From the NCBI GenBank assembly GCA_963841435.1, contig CAWJCS010000002.1, forward strand, positions 64,001 to 128,000: a stretch of 64,000 bases of DNA. The letters run 5' to 3'. Positions 59,880-64,000 of this stretch are shown here, piece by piece. The translations under genes were made by a program, and so were the position numbers. Each line of letters opens with the position of its first letter. Position 1 is the stretch's first letter. The notes beneath the pieces are model-generated. The model saw only the letters and a program-made list of their open reading frames with translations. It made no database searches and was not told the origin of the DNA. Source of the stretch: an uncultured delta proteobacterium. Lineage in GTDB: Bacteria > Myxococcota_A > Polyangia > Polyangiales > Polyangiaceae.

Positions 59880-61280
59880 ATGGCCGATCCACCGCTTGCG
59901 GCAGGGCAGATCATCGGGGGTAGGTACCGCGTCGAGGCAATGATCGGGGCAGGGAGCATGGGGTACGTCGTTTCGGCGTGGCATCTCGAGCTCGACCAGC
60001 GAGTAGCACTGAAGATTTTGAACCCTGATGTCTTCGAGCGGGGCGAGGCGCTCCAGCGCTTCCGGCGGGAGGTTCGGGCCGCGGCGCGGATCCGGAGTGA
60101 GCACGTGGCTCGGGTGACCGACGTCGGGACGCTCGAGGCGGGCGAGCCCTACATGGTGATGGAGCTCCTCCAGGGCAACAACGTGGAGGAGGAGATCACT
60201 CGTCGCGGAACGATCCCGCTCACGGAGGCCGTCGGCTACGTGCTCGAGGCCATGGAGGCGGTAGCGGAGGCGCACGCCGCCGGCATCGTGCACCGTGACC
60301 TCAAGCCTGCGAACCTGTTCATCACGCGCCGCGCCGATCGCACGCGGCTCGTCAAGGTGCTCGACTTCGGCATCTCGAAATCGCTCGCCGACAGCCAGGC
60401 GTCTCACGACATGTCGCTCACCAAGACGGGCGTCATCATCGGGTCGCCGCTCTACATGTCGCCCGAGCAGATGCGCTCGACCAAGGACGCCGACGCGCGG
60501 AGCGACATCTGGGCGCTCGGAGCGATCCTCTTCCAGCTCGTGACCGGCCGCCCGCCCTACATGGGAGAGACGATCCCCGAGCTCTGCGCGCAGCTTTTCA
60601 GCGAGGACGCACCCCCGCCGAGCACGCTCAGGCGCGATCTCCCGCCCGGCCTCGATCTCATCCTCGCGCGCGCACTGGCCCGCGACCCCAAGCAGCGTTA
60701 CCAGAACGTGGCCGAGTTCGGCGAGGCGCTCGTCGAGTTCGCCCCCGCGTCGCGGATCCACGTCGAGCGCGCCCGCCGCGTGCTCTTCTCGCAGGAGGGG
60801 CCGAGCTCGGAGTGGCCCGGCAGAGACCAGGCACCGGGCGCCCCGACGATTGCCGCGTCGGTTTCGACGCTCGAGCCGCAGGGGACCACCGCCGCGATTC
60901 GGGCGCGCCGCCGCTGGCCGGCCATCGTCGCCGTCGCGGCGCTGCTCGTCATCGGTGCGTTCGTCGTGAAGCAAGTCGGGCTCGGCGCCTCGCCGAAGGT
61001 CAACCCGGCGTCGGCTCCCGCGGCGCACCCGGAGGCCCCCACCGTCGCCCCGGCGCCGCAAGGAACCGCAGCGCCACCCGCGGAAGCCACGCAACCGGTA
61101 CCGTCCGTCCCCTCGGGCTCGGCGGACGCCGCCCACGTTTCGGTCGAGCCCGTCACGGGAGCAATTCCGACCGTAAGGCCCAGCACACGCGCGCCGAACG
61201 TCTCGCGGCCCAGCACACCCGGGCCCGCCGCTCCCCCGCCGCGCACCGACGGCATTTCGGATTTCGGCGGGCGCCGCTAG
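59880..61280 (+). CDS. Membrane Ser/Thr protein kinase
   Basis: GAGSMG, ALK, HRDLKPAN, DFG, GSPLYMSPE, one TM helix and a Pro-rich periplasmic tail ending DFGGRR. Confidence 0.95.
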   Translation: MADPPLAAGQIIGGRYRVEAMIGAGSMGYVVSAWHLELDQRVALKILNPDVFERGEALQRFRREVRAAARIRSEHVARVTDVGTLEAGEPYMVMELLQGNNVEEEITRRGTIPLTEAVGYVLEAMEAVAEAHAAGIVHRDLKPANLFITRRADRTRLVKVLDFGISKSLADSQASHDMSLTKTGVIIGSPLYMSPEQMRSTKDADARSDIWALGAILFQLVTGRPPYMGETIPELCAQLFSEDAPPPSTLRRDLPPGLDLILARALARDPKQRYQNVAEFGEALVEFAPASRIHVERARRVLFSQEGPSSEWPGRDQAPGAPTIAASVSTLEPQGTTAAIRARRRWPAIVAVAALLVIGAFVVKQVGLGASPKVNPASAPAAHPEAPTVAPAPQGTAAPPAEATQPVPSVPSGSADAAHVSVEPVTGAIPTVRPSTRAPNVSRPSTPGPAAPPPRTDGISDFGGRR

Positions 61281-61489
61281 CCGCGGGGCGCCGCGTTCCA
61301 GAACGAGGCCAGGCGCGCTCGCCGCACCGGCTTCGCGCCCGAGCGACGCGGTACCGAGGGGCCATCGTGTCGTCTCGTCAACGCAAGGCCGATCCGGGTC
61401 GGAGGCCTGGAAACATGGCCGTTTCGCGTGGCGAGTGGCGCACGGTGCTGGACGCCGCGCCGCTGAAGTGGTGTTAGGGTCCGACCGTG

Positions 61490-62533
61490 ATGGCTTCGAG
61501 GCAACGTTGGGGGATGTTGGTGTTGGCATTAATCGTTGGGCTTTGGTCCGTGCCCGCTCTTGCGGACGCGACGGCCCAAGACAAAGCGTCCGCCGAGGCG
61601 CTCTTCGACCGAGGCGTGAAGCTGATGCACGCCGGGAAGTTCGAAGAGGCGTGTCCCAAGCTCGAGGATAGTCAGCGCATCGATCCGGGTGTCGGAACGC
61701 TGCTCTATCTCGGCGAGTGCTACGAGAAGCTCGGTCGTCCCGCGAGCGCCTGGGCGACCTTCAGGGAGGCTGCTTCCTCGGCCGAGGCCTCGGGGCAGGC
61801 ACGTCGCGCTGGGCTCGCGCGCCAGCGCATCGCGAAGCTCGAGCCGGACCTCGCGTATCTCACGCTCGACGTCGCCGAGGCGACGCGCGGGCTCGAAGGG
61901 CTCACCGTCGTACGCGACGGCGTTGACGTCGGAGCCGGCATCGTCGGCGCCGCAGTGCCCGTCGACCCCGGCACGACCACGATCGAGGTCTCCGCCCCCG
62001 GCTACCAGCCGTACACGGTGACCGTGACGGTGTCTCCGAAGTCGAAGCAATCGCTGCTCATCCCCGTGCTCGTCGCTTTGCCAAAGCCGCCCCCCGAGCC
62101 CGAGGTCGCACCGCTGCCGCCGCCCACGCCCGAGGGCACGCAGCCGCCGCTGCCGTCTCCCGCGCCCCCACCCGAAAGGGGAGCGCATCCGCTGACCGTC
62201 GCCGGGATCGCCGTGGCGGCAGCGGGCGTGGTTGGGCTCGGTATCGGTACGTATTTCGGCGTCAAGGCCATCAACGAAGACAAGAAGGCCGACGACGGCA
62301 CCTGCGACGCGACCGTCTGCCAGGCGCAGGCCGACTACGACCACTCCCAGAACGCGCGCAAGGCTGCTACCGCCGCCAACGTGGCGATTGGCATCGGGGC
62401 CGGTCTGTTCGTCGCCGGCGGCGTGCTGTTCTTCCTCGCGCCGAGCTCGGACGAGAAAGACACGGGCTCGCTGCGCATCGGGCCCACGTTCGGTCCCGGC
62501 ATGGCCGGCGTGCTCGTGAAGGGGCGGCTGTGA
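61490..62533 (+). CDS. Secreted TPR plus PEGA-like protein with C-terminal membrane segments
   Basis: Signal peptide; AEALF..G..L...ACPKL..S..DP TPR; PVDPG...EVSAPG; hydrophobic helices; terminal beta-hairpin ending GRL. Confidence 0.82.
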   Translation: MASRQRWGMLVLALIVGLWSVPALADATAQDKASAEALFDRGVKLMHAGKFEEACPKLEDSQRIDPGVGTLLYLGECYEKLGRPASAWATFREAASSAEASGQARRAGLARQRIAKLEPDLAYLTLDVAEATRGLEGLTVVRDGVDVGAGIVGAAVPVDPGTTTIEVSAPGYQPYTVTVTVSPKSKQSLLIPVLVALPKPPPEPEVAPLPPPTPEGTQPPLPSPAPPPERGAHPLTVAGIAVAAAGVVGLGIGTYFGVKAINEDKKADDGTCDATVCQAQADYDHSQNARKAATAANVAIGIGAGLFVAGGVLFFLAPSSDEKDTGSLRIGPTFGPGMAGVLVKGRL

Positions 62534-63666
62534 AAAGCGCTCGCGTCAACGCTGCACGCGGCTTCGGCGCCGCGCTCATCGCGCTCATCGCGCTCGTCAC
62601 CGCGGGCGGTTGCCAGTCGATTGCCGGGATCGAAGAGCGCGAGCTCGGACCGTGCGGCGAATTTTGCGACACGGTGATGGCAAACTGCACGGGCGAAAAT
62701 CTGGTCTACGAGACGCGTGCAAAATGCATGGGCGTGTGCCAGCTCCTGCCGATCGGCGACAGCAACGAGCCGCAGGGCACCGACACCGTGGCCTGCCGTT
62801 TCCGCGAAGCGCGGCTCGCCAACACCTCCGTGGTCGAGGACATCCCTCGACACTGCCGCTCCGCCGGCCCAGAGGGCCTCGACTGCGGCGGAACCTGCGA
62901 AAGCTACTGCTTTCTCTACGAGAAGGCGTGTAGCGAGGTGCAGTGCGGCTCCCACGAGACGTGCGTTCAGAAGTGCGAGGCGCTGCTCGACAAGCCGACC
63001 TTCAGCCTCGTCGGCGACTACGAGGGCGACACGCTGCAGTGCCGCCTGGTGCACCTGAGCAACGCCACGATCCAGCCCGACCCCCACTGCGGGCACGCGC
63101 AGATGGTGGGCCCCACGTTGCATTGTTACTGGAACTCGGGCGAGACCGACATCCCCGGGCAACCCGACGAGCCGAGCTGCGAGGACTACTGTCGCGTGAA
63201 CGGCGTGGCGTGCACGGGCACGAGCGCGGTCTACGAGAGCCCCGAGCAGTGCATGGCACTCTGCGAGCACTTCGACCCGGGTGATTTCTCCGACACGTTG
63301 CAGAACACCCGCGGCTGCCGCATCTACCACTCGTACAACGGGCTCTGCGCGCCGGCGACGCACTGCCCCCATGCCGGGCCCCCGGGTGACGGACACTGCG
63401 GCGACGAGGACACGGGCAACTGCGATTCCTACTGCCACCTCGCGGCCGACATCTGTCCGAAGGAGTTCGACGACTCGTTCACCGACGAGGCGGACTGTCT
63501 CGCATCGTGCGCCAACGTCAACGGTGCCAAGAAGGACAGCGGCTACACCATTGCCGAGGCCAAGAAGGGCGGCGACAACCTCGCCTGCCGTTTCCTCGCC
63601 CTGAGCCGCGCGGCGCTCGACGATGCCGAGTGCGACGCGGCTTTCGGCGGCGATCCCTGCAACTAG
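62530..63666 (+). CDS. Cys-rich lipoprotein with four internal repeats
   Basis: Lipobox AGGC; GTGA overlap with the previous gene; repeats end GTDTVACR, GDTLQCR, QNTRGCR and GDNLACR. Confidence 0.82.
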   Translation: MKSARVNAARGFGAALIALIALVTAGGCQSIAGIEERELGPCGEFCDTVMANCTGENLVYETRAKCMGVCQLLPIGDSNEPQGTDTVACRFREARLANTSVVEDIPRHCRSAGPEGLDCGGTCESYCFLYEKACSEVQCGSHETCVQKCEALLDKPTFSLVGDYEGDTLQCRLVHLSNATIQPDPHCGHAQMVGPTLHCYWNSGETDIPGQPDEPSCEDYCRVNGVACTGTSAVYESPEQCMALCEHFDPGDFSDTLQNTRGCRIYHSYNGLCAPATHCPHAGPPGDGHCGDEDTGNCDSYCHLAADICPKEFDDSFTDEADCLASCANVNGAKKDSGYTIAEAKKGGDNLACRFLALSRAALDDAECDAAFGGDPCN

Positions 63667-63672
63667 GACCCC

Positions 63673-63695
63673 AACCCGGATCGAAGATCCGGGTT
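63673..63695. terminator. Hairpin between convergent genes
   Basis: AACCCGGATC-gaa-GATCCGGGTT, a perfect 10-bp stem with no long U tract. Confidence 0.5.
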
Positions 63696-63769
63696 CGTCG
63701 GCGAGCACGGGCGCGTCGGGGCGCGGGCAGCGCCCGCTTCGACGCTACTTGTCTGCGCGAAACTCGCCG

Positions 63770-64000
63770 CTAGCTCTTCGCGACGGCGACGCCGATGCGC
63801 GCCCGGAGGGCGGCGTGCTCGGTGCTCACGGCGAACAGCACGAGGTCGCCGACCTGCTCGGTCACCTCGCCCGCCGCCAGGTCGGCGAAGCGCTCGATGA
63901 GCCGCGCCGAAAGCTCGAGGTTGCCCGTGGCGAGCAGCCCCGCGCGGCTGCCGGCGCGCGCCACGGCACGCTGGAAGCTCGCGAGCCGTTCGGGGAGCCC
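63770..64000 (-). CDS. C-terminus of a larger protein (runs off window end), probably a myxobacterial TPR protein
   Basis: RAGLLATGNL...DLVLFAVSTEHAALRARIG, recalled as a common terminus of large myxobacterial TPR proteins. Confidence 0.6.
   Translation of the reverse strand, partial: GLPERLASFQRAVARAGSRAGLLATGNLELSARLIERFADLAAGEVTEQVGDLVLFAVSTEHAALRARIGVAVAKS

Overview
A very GC-rich window that looks myxobacterial (Polyangiaceae/Sorangium-like). This is inferred from the Gly-rich tethered lipoproteins, Myxococcus Cys-rich repeats, fibro-slime protein, Ser/Thr kinases and PEGA protein; it is not confirmed. About 50 genes are present. 0-23 kb is mostly accessory: a GT4 start, a HAD-ATPase fusion, a PLP lyase, a GH9 and other surface lipoproteins, a methyltransferase plus GT-C pair, a YyaL/SPATA20 protein, a eukaryote-like neutral sphingomyelinase, and two divergent RRM genes with highly structured UTRs. 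Several orphan gene fragments lie among them (integrase, thiC, DUF1552, RES, VOC; an EAL fragment sits at 48.6 kb). 23-64 kb mixes housekeeping genes (cobB, hslO, yacG, hemL, glyA, lhr, purU, ABC-F, pssA, ccsA-hemA-hemC, gcvPB) with signalling genes (a sigma54 small-peptide/RR/HK/EBP unit and two Ser/Thr kinases). At least 7 otherwise intact genes carry single-base frameshifts, most likely long-read consensus errors. No rRNA, tRNA, CRISPR array or intact mobile element was seen. The best novelty candidates are: (1) a lamin-tail lipoprotein whose catalytic end has the glucan-water-dikinase domain order; (2) structured 5' and 3' UTRs of an RRM gene sharing a repeated motif; (3) an nSMase1/Isc1-like enzyme; (4) a HAD/HerA/DUF5752-like fusion beside a GT4. 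All family calls come from motif recognition by eye, without database searches.
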